Origin: a virus | Taxonomy: Duplodnaviria; Caudoviricetes | Direction: 5' to 3' (one strand) | IMG/VR virus record: IMGVR_UViG_3300030397_000745 | Span: 1-34,710 of that record | Length of the DNA: 34,710 nt | Shown here: one piece after another, positions 15,291 through 23,970 of the stretch | Numbering within the stretch: position 1 is the stretch's first letter | Layout: every line of letters begins with the position of its first letter | Notes under the pieces: generated by a model | What the model was told of the DNA's origin: nothing | Database searches by the model: none | Seen by the model: the letters and a program-made list of their open reading frames with translations, nothing else | Position numbers and translations under genes: made by a program

Positions 15291-15837
15291 TTTTCGGCGC
15301 CTCCTCCTCGGGTGGGCTGCCGAACGGGTCGGCATCAATCTTGGACCGGTCGACCTTGACGCCCTTCTTGTGGCAGGCATCGCTATCGATGTGCCACATG
15401 TTTGAGTAGGGAATCTGCGTACGGTAATCGCCTGTCGGAATTTTGTACTCGCCGTATTCGTTCTGGCCCATCTTCTGCTTTTTTTGCAGCTCGCAGACGA
15501 AGTGCTTACGCGTGATGGCCAGATAGTCGATTTTGAGCGCCCAGCCATTCTTCTCGGCCGAATCAATCTGCTCGGGCGTGCACTGGTCGCAGACCGTTGC
15601 GAGCTTGAGCCGCTTTTTCCGGTTGCCCTCCTTGGCATTCAGCGAGAACCACTCGCGGTGCGTCTTGCCGATTTCGCTTTCCTTGGTACCGGCAATGATT
15701 TCCAAGTCGACGATTAAGTTTGACTCTTGGTCGTCAATCTCAGCGTTGACGACCGCGACTTGGTAGTAGCCACTTTCGACGGGGTCGAAATCGACTTCTT
15801 TGTTTGGGTTGCTTTTGCCAGTTACGTATTCTTCCAT
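15280..15837 (-). CDS. Putative single-stranded DNA-binding protein (DUF669-like OB fold)
   Basis: FDPV..GYY.V.V...E......VDLEI..G....G pattern, acidic C-terminal tail ending DF, and position next to the annealase. Confidence 0.6.
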   Translation of the reverse strand: MEEYVTGKSNPNKEVDFDPVESGYYQVAVVNAEIDDQESNLIVDLEIIAGTKESEIGKTHREWFSLNAKEGNRKKRLKLATVCDQCTPEQIDSAEKNGWALKIDYLAITRKHFVCELQKKQKMGQNEYGEYKIPTGDYRTQIPYSNMWHIDSDACHKKGVKVDRSKIDADPFGSPPEEEAPKSDF

Positions 15838-15865
15838 TGGAATAGTCCTTTCTGCTGTAAGTGCA

Positions 15866-17080
15866 CTACTTTTTCGTCGGCATCTTCCGCAGGGCTTCGA
15901 TGTTCAATAGCGCCTGGTCAATCGGATGCGTCTTGGACATCACCGAAGCCCGGGCGCCCTCGAACTTGCTCGCGAGCCCCACTCTCTGGGCGTGCAGGCG
16001 CATCAACAGAACGTGCGTCTCGAGAGAATCCAGGTCGAGCAGCGATGTCTTCCCGGGGTAGAGCTCGGGTATCGACGATATGGCCAAGTCACGGAGCGCT
16101 GTGTCTGAATTGCAGAGCTCGCGGCACTCTGCCAGCGCCTGGCCGTGCTGAGAATTCAGCTCGGGCTCTTCGGAGGTTTCCCCAGCGCCCGCATCCGATT
16201 CGGTTCCTGCGGGCTCGGTCGCGTCCTTGACTTCAGCTTCCTGACTTCCATCGCCCGCGCTGGGGGCCTCTTCCACCGCCAATTTCAGTCCGTGCGAATC
16301 AAGACAAGTCAGCAGCTGGTCTGCTGTTGTCTGTCCAATGCCATTGTAGGACCTCAGCGAGCTCTCGGTGAAAGTGAGAAGCTCACCTAGCACTACAGGA
16401 CCATTTCCGCGCTGAAACGCACCCACCGCCCGGGGTGGAATCCCTGGTACGTTTTCGATGGGGGTGTCTGGGCCGAGCTCTACCGGGGTCCCAGGGTCCG
16501 GTTTTTCCTCGGCCGCGGCCTCGACAATCTGTGTCACCTCGCTGTCGACAATCGCCGATGTGACTTCAGAACGGTCGCCCTCATGCTCTCGGTCTTCATT
16601 GAGACCGGCACCAATCCCCGGTTCCCACATCGTCGCAAACCGCGTGATGCATCGAGCCCGAAGCATCTGGGCCGGGTCCTTTTCCCATGCAGAGCCGGGT
16701 TTCACGATACCCTTGCGCTTCGCCATGGCCATGGTGAATGAAACTTTCCGCACTCGGTCATCACCGTGCTTCTTAGCGGAGAACACGGCTTCCTGGCCAT
16801 CCTCGCCGTCCTTTTCCCAGGTCCAGTCCCAGCCGCGGCGCTCGAGCTCGGCATGGACAAATTCAGCCCGATGCTCTAGCCGGTCATGGAACACGTGGTA
16901 CTTCTGGCGAATTTCGGCAATCGTCTTGCCCTCAGCGAGCATCTGTGTGGCGACGACCATGGCAGCTGACTTCCTCTCGGGTGGCGTGCCATCGCCCACA
17001 AGCAATCCGTCAGAAACCAGTTTGAGAAACCCCAAGCTGTTCGCGGCATCCTCTCCAATAACTGTCAGCGCTTTCGTCAT
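15866..17080 (-). CDS. RecT/Redbeta-like ssDNA-annealing protein with internal RNAP alphaCTD-like domain
   Basis: FT...AK..G......W.K.P.QMLRARC..R....W.P....GL annealase motif; residues ~205-268 are alphaCTD-like. Confidence 0.7.
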   Translation of the reverse strand: MTKALTVIGEDAANSLGFLKLVSDGLLVGDGTPPERKSAAMVVATQMLAEGKTIAEIRQKYHVFHDRLEHRAEFVHAELERRGWDWTWEKDGEDGQEAVFSAKKHGDDRVRKVSFTMAMAKRKGIVKPGSAWEKDPAQMLRARCITRFATMWEPGIGAGLNEDREHEGDRSEVTSAIVDSEVTQIVEAAAEEKPDPGTPVELGPDTPIENVPGIPPRAVGAFQRGNGPVVLGELLTFTESSLRSYNGIGQTTADQLLTCLDSHGLKLAVEEAPSAGDGSQEAEVKDATEPAGTESDAGAGETSEEPELNSQHGQALAECRELCNSDTALRDLAISSIPELYPGKTSLLDLDSLETHVLLMRLHAQRVGLASKFEGARASVMSKTHPIDQALLNIEALRKMPTKK

Positions 17081-17934
17081 GCCAATACTCCTAACCTGTT
17101 GGCGATTAAAGCTTCCTCGATTACGTCATGCTGAAGGTAGTCCAGAGCAACCTGTCGCGTCGAAGGTGTCCCGTAATAGCGCCAGAAGTCGGCGCCATCA
17201 ATCGAATCCTCCGCTCGCTTGTAGACACCGAAGAACCGAGCGACATTTTTAGCTTTGTAGCTACCGACAGACTGCTTCCACGGGTCGTACATCTTGCCGA
17301 AGATTTGCTGCAGGTCCACGAACTGGTCCGAAAGCCACTTTCCCCGGGCGAATAGCCCTTTTGGGATGGGCAGCCCGTAGTAAGCGGAGCGAGCGAGCAG
17401 AAACGGGACATCGAACCCGGCTATGTTCCATCCAGTCACGCGATAGCCCGTCTTGTATCGCTGCCAGAACCGCTTGAGTAGTTCGCATTCGCCAAGACCG
17501 TCTATCTCGTCAACCGCGTACTGCCCGCTATGGAAGTAGCCAATGGCAAGCACGCGACCAGTCACGGGTGACAGAGCAGCTTTGTCTAAGATGCTCGCCC
17601 AAAAGTCCCTCTCGGCCGCGGCTCGCTTTTTCGCCAATTCCTCGATGGCTATTTGATGGTCCCTGCGCTTCGTTTCGATTTTTGCTTTGATTTTTTCAGG
17701 GTCCTTCAAATTGCCGACAGCGACTGAATTGGGGTCGAACGGTCCAAGGTCTTCGAGTTCATCGGTCCATATGATGCCGAGCCGCTCGCAATACTCTTGG
17801 CAGTGCCGCGGACTGTCGCACGGTGTCCATGCCGGACCCGTTTCGATATCGAAGACCAGTGTGCTGCTCGCAGGTGGCTTCTCAACCTCTTCCTTGACTT
17901 GTTCTTCGGCAAGTCCAATCCCAAAGTCATCCAT
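17077..17934 (-). CDS. DnaQ/PolB-related 3'-5' exonuclease
   Basis: Exo motifs LVFDIET, VTGWNIAGFDVPFL and YLQHDV. Confidence 0.85.
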   Translation of the reverse strand: MDDFGIGLAEEQVKEEVEKPPASSTLVFDIETGPAWTPCDSPRHCQEYCERLGIIWTDELEDLGPFDPNSVAVGNLKDPEKIKAKIETKRRDHQIAIEELAKKRAAAERDFWASILDKAALSPVTGRVLAIGYFHSGQYAVDEIDGLGECELLKRFWQRYKTGYRVTGWNIAGFDVPFLLARSAYYGLPIPKGLFARGKWLSDQFVDLQQIFGKMYDPWKQSVGSYKAKNVARFFGVYKRAEDSIDGADFWRYYGTPSTRQVALDYLQHDVIEEALIANRLGVLA

Positions 17935-18112
17935 CCTTTTTAAGCTCCTTGAGTAAGACTTCCCGGCACCACTCAGACAGCTTCATACCGGCCGAGCGAG
18001 CCCGTTTTTGCATTCGCTGCCAATCCTTGTCCGAAGCCAGTACCCACTTCCTGGTTGCATTGCCACCATCAGGATTTAATGGCGGCCTTCCCCTCTTGTT
18101 GTGACTGACCAT
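17927..18112 (-). CDS. Ribbon-helix-helix (CopG/Arc-like) DNA-binding protein
   Basis: RGRPP, then a strand and helices (W..M..RA..AGM.LSEW.R..L). Confidence 0.65.
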   Translation of the reverse strand: MVSHNKRGRPPLNPDGGNATRKWVLASDKDWQRMQKRARSAGMKLSEWCREVLLKELKKDG

Positions 18113-18133
18113 GAGTCATGAAACATCTTCCCG

Positions 18134-18379
18134 TCAGCTGCAGAGTTCAATTTTTGACACGGGCGCCCATCCCGCATACTCGCCGGATACCAGACCGACA
18201 AGGTCAACGCCAACCACACCCCCAGACACACAGATAGCTCTCACTCTGCACAGTTCCCCAGCTCTGCCCCACGAAGTGTCTGCATTCAGCATGACTTTTG
18301 AACCAAGCGGCAATTCGTCAGATACGAACTGAGTGTCATAAATCGCAACTGCCGGCCGAATGCTTTTGTCGATGTTCAT
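18134..18379 (-). CDS. Hypothetical protein
   Basis: TGATG-coupled; SH3/KOW-like beta pattern. Confidence 0.5.
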   Translation of the reverse strand: MNIDKSIRPAVAIYDTQFVSDELPLGSKVMLNADTSWGRAGELCRVRAICVSGGVVGVDLVGLVSGEYAGWAPVSKIELCS

Positions 18380-18600
18380 CAGTTCCCTTCCGCCATCCTC
18401 TCGATGTCCCGCTTGATTTCATTCGAGCGAATCAAGCACATTGCAATTACGCCAGCTTGCCCGTGCGTGAGCCCGTGGGCCTCAGCAAGGACGCGAAAGT
18501 GTGCCAGGAAGCAATTCGGTCCTTCTGTGTGCTTGGTCATTTCCTTCCAGCTGCCGAAGTGCGTTTTGGCCATCGCCAACGCTTGTTCTAAATCAGTCAT
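18379..18600 (-). CDS. Hypothetical protein
   Basis: Coupled at both ends (ATGA and TGATG). Confidence 0.55.
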   Translation of the reverse strand: MTDLEQALAMAKTHFGSWKEMTKHTEGPNCFLAHFRVLAEAHGLTHGQAGVIAMCLIRSNEIKRDIERMAEGN

Positions 18601-18980
18601 GCCACCCTTTCAGCGCAAACCGGGCCTATGCCGGATTCAATGGACTCTGGTGTAGTCAATGTGCGATTGCAGATGCGACATCGCGCAGCCCACATGAATT
18701 CCATTCCCCATGCACTCTCAGCAGCTTCCTGGTTCCATAGCAAGGAAGCGTATTTTCGATAGACATCGCCAAAACGTTGCCACGGGCGTATGCCAAACTC
18801 GTTCACAAAGCCCCACCCTTGCCAATCACTTTCGTTGTCTGGCCCAGTCAGCAAGTAGACAATCCTGCGGCCAGCAGCAAACTTTGCTTGAAATGGCTGA
18901 GTCGCAACTTTGAATGTGCGATGCTCGCCAGTATTGGGATTGCGAACCGTTACGATGCCGTTATGAGTGCGGATGTTCAC
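18597..18980 (-). CDS. DUF6011-domain protein
   Basis: C-terminal RCRICNRTLTTPESIESGIGPVCA; GAGGAG RBS before the GTG. Confidence 0.8.
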   Translation of the reverse strand: MNIRTHNGIVTVRNPNTGEHRTFKVATQPFQAKFAAGRRIVYLLTGPDNESDWQGWGFVNEFGIRPWQRFGDVYRKYASLLWNQEAAESAWGMEFMWAARCRICNRTLTTPESIESGIGPVCAERVA

Positions 18981-19011
18981 TTGCTGACTCCTCTCGTTGC
19001 CGACTTTTTAT

Positions 19012-19039
19012 ATTGTACACTTTATTCGGCACGAAGCAA
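19012..19039 (-). promoter_or_regulatory. Sigma70-like early promoter
   Basis: TTGCTT (19039-19034), 16-nt spacer, TACAAT (19017-19012), in an AT-rich gap ahead of the replication module. Confidence 0.55.
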
Positions 19040-19058
19040 GCCACCAGAACAAAAAAAG

Positions 19059-19433
19059 TCAAGAAAGCCCGCGGCGATTCTCGGGAAGCAATCTTTTGCG
19101 GTCCTCGAGCTCGGGGTCATGCTGCGTCCACGTCTCGCAGTAGAAGTCCGCGGTCACTCGCCGCATGCGATGCGGCGTCGAGCTTGCATCGCGCCACTTG
19201 CTCACCCAAAGAGACGTGCGATAGCATCGCCAAGGATGAGCTTCAGGGCAAATCCGCCACGCGACAACCAGGTAGCACTCGTGCCACCATGACCAGTCCC
19301 ACCAGATGACCTGATTGAAAACCAGCTTGCCGTTGCCATCGAAAAAGTGATTGAGCTCGACAAGGTCAACGTGGTCATACACTGTCGCCCGGGGAAGGGC
19401 GATTGCTGCTGCCAGAAATGACCGTCTGCTCAC
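19059..19433 (-). CDS. Conserved hypothetical protein with Tat-like N-terminus
   Basis: GTGA coupling gives MSRRSFLAAAIALP...; core VDLVELNHFFDGNGKLVFNQVIWWDW...ETWTQHDPEL. Confidence 0.65.
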   Translation of the reverse strand: MSRRSFLAAAIALPRATVYDHVDLVELNHFFDGNGKLVFNQVIWWDWSWWHECYLVVAWRICPEAHPWRCYRTSLWVSKWRDASSTPHRMRRVTADFYCETWTQHDPELEDRKRLLPENRRGLS

Positions 19434-19942
19434 TTGAGGAATGTGCCTATCCAATGGCCGTCGTATTCGCCAATGAGCGAATGGCTGGACCATTCAGCAC
19501 ATTGCAGGACCCCAGAAGGGCCTCGAGGATTGATGTGCCGTGACATGTCGTGCCGCACGTCATGGTCAACGACGAACAGCGAGCCGCCCGGGGAAAGGGC
19601 CTTGTGGATTGACCTGACCGCTGATGTGTACTTCTTGGTCGAGACAATGTGCTGCAGCACAAAGATAGCCATCACCCCATCATGCTTTCTTAGCAGGGCA
19701 CCCGGGTCGCTGAACTCAGTCAACTGGTCGTACCCCACGTAGTCACTGCCGGCGTTCCTGACCAGCTGCTCGAATCGCCGCGGCCCACAGCCAAAGTCAA
19801 GCACTGACCCGCGTGGCAGCCAACTTAGAAGATACGGTGACAGAGCAGTGATTTGATGATGATAAGACTCACGGCTGCCCCCACGAGCTACGTAGTGCTT
19901 GCCCTGCTCTGCGTGGCGACGTCGCCAGTATTCGACATCCAT
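19430..19942 (-). CDS. Class I SAM-dependent methyltransferase
   Basis: VLDFGCG, VGYD, FVLQHI, LSPGGSL; ATG at 19942 with GAGG RBS. Confidence 0.85.
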   Translation of the reverse strand: MDVEYWRRRHAEQGKHYVARGGSRESYHHQITALSPYLLSWLPRGSVLDFGCGPRRFEQLVRNAGSDYVGYDQLTEFSDPGALLRKHDGVMAIFVLQHIVSTKKYTSAVRSIHKALSPGGSLFVVDHDVRHDMSRHINPRGPSGVLQCAEWSSHSLIGEYDGHWIGTFLK

Positions 19943-20688
19943 TCTGCCACCTCTCGGAAAGGAATGCCGGCGCCTGCCCACGAGTGGTTCAGAAACCCGA
20001 TTGGCGCTTGCATGTGATTCGCGGCGTGAAATCGCCAGTACTGGACCTTATTGCTTCCGGGTCCAGTATAGCCGTTTCCGTGGCAGATAATCATCAACGG
20101 TCGACCGCACAAGACGGCCAGGTGAGCCAAGCCCGTGTCAGTTGACACGACCATCTTGGCCGACAACATAGCCTCAACGGTCGCATCGAGATGCCTCGGG
20201 TAATTCCATGCAGCATCACACTTGATTGTATGATGGCTCGAATCCTTCGCGCCGGCCGCGAACACTCGCCAGTTGGACGATAGCTCTCGCTCGAGCTCGT
20301 GCCAATGCGGCCAATTGCGCTGCGGTGCCAATTCTCGCCGCCTAGGACAAATCACAATGTCGGTTTCAATGCCTCGCTTCTCGCGTGGCTGTGGAACGAA
20401 CCTCGGCAGGGATGACAGGTTTTCAGGACACCCGGAAAGGGGGCCGCGGGTCTCCTCGTATTTCGCCCTTAGAGACCGCAGATACATGGCATCTGCCAGC
20501 GACCGATGGCTGCGGTAACGGTCGTGGGGTGGTGGCGGGACCTCAATGAATACCTTGGCCGTCGGAAACAAGCACTCGTCACCAGGTTCGCAGCAGACAA
20601 TCTTTGCCCGTTCCTGGTAGACCCATGGGGCGTGCCACATCACCCGATGGCCAAATTCGCCGCGAAACGGCAGGTAGACTACGGACAC
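19888..20688 (-). CDS. Glycosyltransferase family 9 (heptosyltransferase-like)
   Basis: IVICPR....RNWPHW and A..VVSTDTGLAHLA.L.GRP signature. Confidence 0.8.
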   Translation of the reverse strand: MSVVYLPFRGEFGHRVMWHAPWVYQERAKIVCCEPGDECLFPTAKVFIEVPPPPHDRYRSHRSLADAMYLRSLRAKYEETRGPLSGCPENLSSLPRFVPQPREKRGIETDIVICPRRRELAPQRNWPHWHELERELSSNWRVFAAGAKDSSHHTIKCDAAWNYPRHLDATVEAMLSAKMVVSTDTGLAHLAVLCGRPLMIICHGNGYTGPGSNKVQYWRFHAANHMQAPIGFLNHSWAGAGIPFREVAEWMSNTGDVATQSRASTT

Positions 20689-21659
20689 ACGAAATCCTCG
20701 CCGACAAAGGATGCGCTGCAGCGCCGGCCGATGTTTGGCACATCAGGATGCAAAACACTAGTGTCCCCGATGTGCTCAGCTAACGATGGATAACAAGTGA
20801 ATATCTCGATGCCTTGCTTGCGAGCCCATACACCCACCACCCCATCGATTCCCGTGGATTTTAGCCGAGCTCGCATCGCTTGGTTTTCCAGAATCCGCTC
20901 GGCAGTCGGCCGACAAATCGCCCAGCAGAGCGCGCCCTGGACCCCACCCCGGGAAGGAACTGACCGATAAAACGGGTGCCTCGCAATCGGGTCGTAACTG
21001 CTCGAACAGTAGAAGCTCATTATCTCGCAGCCCTCGGGCCATTCCCGCTCGACGTAGCTGCGGATGTTCTGGGCGTAGACCACATCATCTTGGCAAATCA
21101 AGCAGATGTCCGGGTCTTGAGCCACTAGGTCACCCAGGGTGGCAAACCAATTGCCCCATCCACCCATGAGCTTTTTTCGGCGAACCGCGGGATTTCCAAT
21201 CTGAGTCAAGTCAGTCCCCGGCTCCGCGAAGACAGTGGCATCCGGCCACCCTGCGGCCGCCAGACTGGCCAAGCTGCGTTGCAGGGTAGAATTAGCCCGG
21301 GGTGCGGAAGTCACGCCCACGGCCCACTGGGGGTTCTCAGGAAGCAAGTACTTTGACCTGTATCGACAGCCCGAGCACATGAAGTACCCTTCCTCGGCCG
21401 CCATCTCCTTGAGCTCAGGTCCATGTACTATACAGATATGCTTCGGGCGGTTTTTCGCCAGAATCGCAGGGTGGTGGCACTCATACCCTTTGATGTTGCC
21501 AGGGCACTTCAGGCAGCCCTTGAATACGTGAATCGGATTCGAGCCCCGATAGACACACCGATAGAGAACCTGGTCAGGGTTTGCACCCATCCCCGGGGGC
21601 TGCCTCTTTGGCTCAAAGCTACCTCGCTGCGAGTAGAAAAGGTCAGTCGCAAATCCCAT
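20679..21659 (-). CDS. GT-A-fold glycosyltransferase-like protein with Cys-rich N-terminus
   Basis: WAVGVTSAPR...L..SL.SL, LICQDDV, GALCW and PSLAEHIG.TS. Confidence 0.65.
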   Translation of the reverse strand: MGFATDLFYSQRGSFEPKRQPPGMGANPDQVLYRCVYRGSNPIHVFKGCLKCPGNIKGYECHHPAILAKNRPKHICIVHGPELKEMAAEEGYFMCSGCRYRSKYLLPENPQWAVGVTSAPRANSTLQRSLASLAAAGWPDATVFAEPGTDLTQIGNPAVRRKKLMGGWGNWFATLGDLVAQDPDICLICQDDVVYAQNIRSYVEREWPEGCEIMSFYCSSSYDPIARHPFYRSVPSRGGVQGALCWAICRPTAERILENQAMRARLKSTGIDGVVGVWARKQGIEIFTCYPSLAEHIGDTSVLHPDVPNIGRRCSASFVGEDFVCP

Positions 21660-21660
21660 C

Positions 21661-21942
21661 TCAGTTTCTTATGCAGTCGAGGGTTTCTTCAGCACCTTGG
21701 CTCGGACTGGCTGGCTCATTGGTGGGCTCAGGGCACTCGCAATCTGCAAAAATGCAGTCATCACTGACCAACACCCACGGACCGGCCGGGACTGTCCACA
21801 TCCACGTGCAATCGCCACAGTCAGGTGGGTCAGGTGTGCCCTCGCAGCAGCAGACGTCACTTTCCATCGCCAGCGGGCAATTTCCAGTCCCATCGTCAAA
21901 GAACAGCAGGTTGTCTTCCCAGAACAGCAATGTTTCAGCCAT
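21661..21942 (-). CDS. Small Cys-rich acidic protein (distal tail module)
   Basis: CCC...CGDC...C...CEC...C in 93 aa; tightly packed in the tail operon. Confidence 0.55.
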   Translation of the reverse strand: MAETLLFWEDNLLFFDDGTGNCPLAMESDVCCCEGTPDPPDCGDCTWMWTVPAGPWVLVSDDCIFADCECPEPTNEPASPSQGAEETLDCIRN

Positions 21943-21943
21943 G

Positions 21944-22912
21944 TCACGGCGTTCCTGTCGGGCATTTCACGCCACAGATGACATTCACCCACTCATCGGG
22001 AACTTCGTCGCATTGGTCAGGAATCCACACGACCTTCACTTTGCCATCAATGCACGGATTGCCGGACGCATCATTCCCGTAGGTCAGGTCAGTAAGCACG
22101 GCAAACGGCGCGAAGTTAATTTCGTCGTGAGCTTCCTGGACACACGAAGCGCCCCCGATTGGCTCCTTGACCATTGGCGTTGCCAGTCGCCGGAATCGAT
22201 AATCGCAGCCAGGGTCCGCAGGGGCCTGGCCGGCGTCAAGCGTAGGAATCTGCCCGGCTGTAATCTCGGACGGCTCAATCATCTTCTCGAGGTACTGGTT
22301 CTGGACGTGCTGAATATTCCAGATTTCCCAGTTGCCAGATGACGGCCGACGGACTGCGAACACGATGTCGTTGTTAGCACCCGCCAACTTGAGCACATTG
22401 AGCGCTGATGCGGGTGCGGACCCAGTGAAGCCGCCCAGGAATTCCACGTTGTCGATGGACCCGGACGCATCCGTCGAGCACATGTCCGCGCTGAGCGTTG
22501 CTCGAATGGCGTGCATCGTGGATGGTGAACTGCCACCTATCTCCATCCAAACGATTTGATACGTGTCATCTTCATGCCAATAAGCCAATCCGGCATCGCC
22601 TGAGGCGCCGGACCATTGATATACGCCACCAGTGCTCGTTTCGAGATTTAGCGCTGTGATTGCGTTAGCGACATTGTGCAATCGGCCAGGACCAAACTGG
22701 TCGGTTACCGTGGCAAGCTGGTCAGAATCAGCGGTCGTCAATGCACCATCGAGAGTGAACCTGACAAGCCGCTTTTTACCGCGACCATGGCGATGCTTGA
22801 GCCCTAGTGCCCTGAGCTCTTGCTGCAGATTCCAGTACATCCGCTCAAGCCGAGCCACTTGCTCGGCAATGCGGCCCATTGAGTCATCGTCAAATGTCTG
22901 GACTGTGCTCAT
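21944..22912 (-). CDS. Putative minor tail protein
   Basis: Position after the tape measure; N-terminal coiled coil, two similar beta modules and a Cys-containing C-terminus. Confidence 0.55.
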   Translation of the reverse strand: MSTVQTFDDDSMGRIAEQVARLERMYWNLQQELRALGLKHRHGRGKKRLVRFTLDGALTTADSDQLATVTDQFGPGRLHNVANAITALNLETSTGGVYQWSGASGDAGLAYWHEDDTYQIVWMEIGGSSPSTMHAIRATLSADMCSTDASGSIDNVEFLGGFTGSAPASALNVLKLAGANNDIVFAVRRPSSGNWEIWNIQHVQNQYLEKMIEPSEITAGQIPTLDAGQAPADPGCDYRFRRLATPMVKEPIGGASCVQEAHDEINFAPFAVLTDLTYGNDASGNPCIDGKVKVVWIPDQCDEVPDEWVNVICGVKCPTGTP

Positions 22913-23970
22913 CAGGCGCCTTGAATGCAGCTACTTAAAAAGGGGATTGTCAAAAAGTCGATTCGGTCATAGTGTTCCCAGTCAGCGAAGACCGGCTTGG
23001 TATCCGTGGTGCATACATCCAGCGGGCCACCTTCGCCGTCCAGCAGGAACTCTTCCCCCAAGACTTCTTCATGATGGTCAATAGCCACTCTTCCCTTGGG
23101 CGTATCTGCGGGAAAGTCGCTTGCACTTAAAGAGCCCCCGTCACCATCCGGGTCACCAGCACACGCACGTAGCAGCGTGCCTTTATCCACTACCCTGGTC
23201 TGCCAGAGCGGCGCTTCGTTGTCGAATTCCAAGAAGAAATCAAACTCAACGTAGTTGGCGCCTTGATAGGCATTGGGCTTTAGGGTGATTTTCCGAATCC
23301 GAGCTTCCTCTGCTTGGACTATCTTGCTGATTCCACGAATGTTGTACTGAAACGGATTTGAATTGACCTTATGCAAGTTCGCATAGACTGATGAAGTGTC
23401 AGCAGCAAAGGTATTGCCCCCCAGCATCACCCATTCCTTCCCATCCTCTTCCTCGAGGGGTGGGTTCGAGAATGGCTGAAATGCCGAATTCATTGGCACC
23501 AGCCCGGTAGTGCCTAGAGGGTATCGCAATTCAAATGATGAGCCGTATCCGCCCCTGTAAATTGCTGATGTAACCGGTCGCTTGTACTCGCGAATCCCCG
23601 TTGCGATGCGCTTCCAGACTGTTGGGTCATCACTGAAATTGCCATTCTCATCCTGCTGGCCTTGGTCAAGCAGGTCAGCTTCCTTGAACGTGACGACGAT
23701 TTCCCACGCATACATACTGGGCATGATTCGATTGATGGCAATCTCTTTGGCAATTGCCAAAGTGCTCGAATCATTGCCGTAAGAGTAAAGGTCGCCATAG
23801 TCGATGACATTGTTGCGAAAATAGGCCTCGACCACTCGGGCTTGGTCCTGCGAGTCATCGGTTTCCACCCGCCAGACGGCCGTGTAAGTCGCACCGTCTG
23901 CCTTGGTCCCGCGTAGACTGGACCCTTTCCAGTGCAGTTTTAAAGTGGAAGCATCAACGGCCATCGTCAA
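22912..23970 (-). CDS. Putative distal tail/hub protein
   Basis: First gene after the tape measure, ATGA-coupled. Confidence 0.6.
   Translation of the reverse strand: MTMAVDASTLKLHWKGSSLRGTKADGATYTAVWRVETDDSQDQARVVEAYFRNNVIDYGDLYSYGNDSSTLAIAKEIAINRIMPSMYAWEIVVTFKEADLLDQGQQDENGNFSDDPTVWKRIATGIREYKRPVTSAIYRGGYGSSFELRYPLGTTGLVPMNSAFQPFSNPPLEEEDGKEWVMLGGNTFAADTSSVYANLHKVNSNPFQYNIRGISKIVQAEEARIRKITLKPNAYQGANYVEFDFFLEFDNEAPLWQTRVVDKGTLLRACAGDPDGDGGSLSASDFPADTPKGRVAIDHHEEVLGEEFLLDGEGGPLDVCTTDTKPVFADWEHYDRIDFLTIPFLSSCIQGA

Noticed and set aside
15291-15638. N-terminal extension of the 421-aa RecD2-N ORF
   Set aside because: It overlaps the SSB-like gene out of frame; a strong RBS and GTG at 15290 mark the real start.
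19050-19090. Terminator at the end of the late operon
   Set aside because: A U7 tract follows the stop codon, but the preceding stem is short and imperfect, so it is not called.
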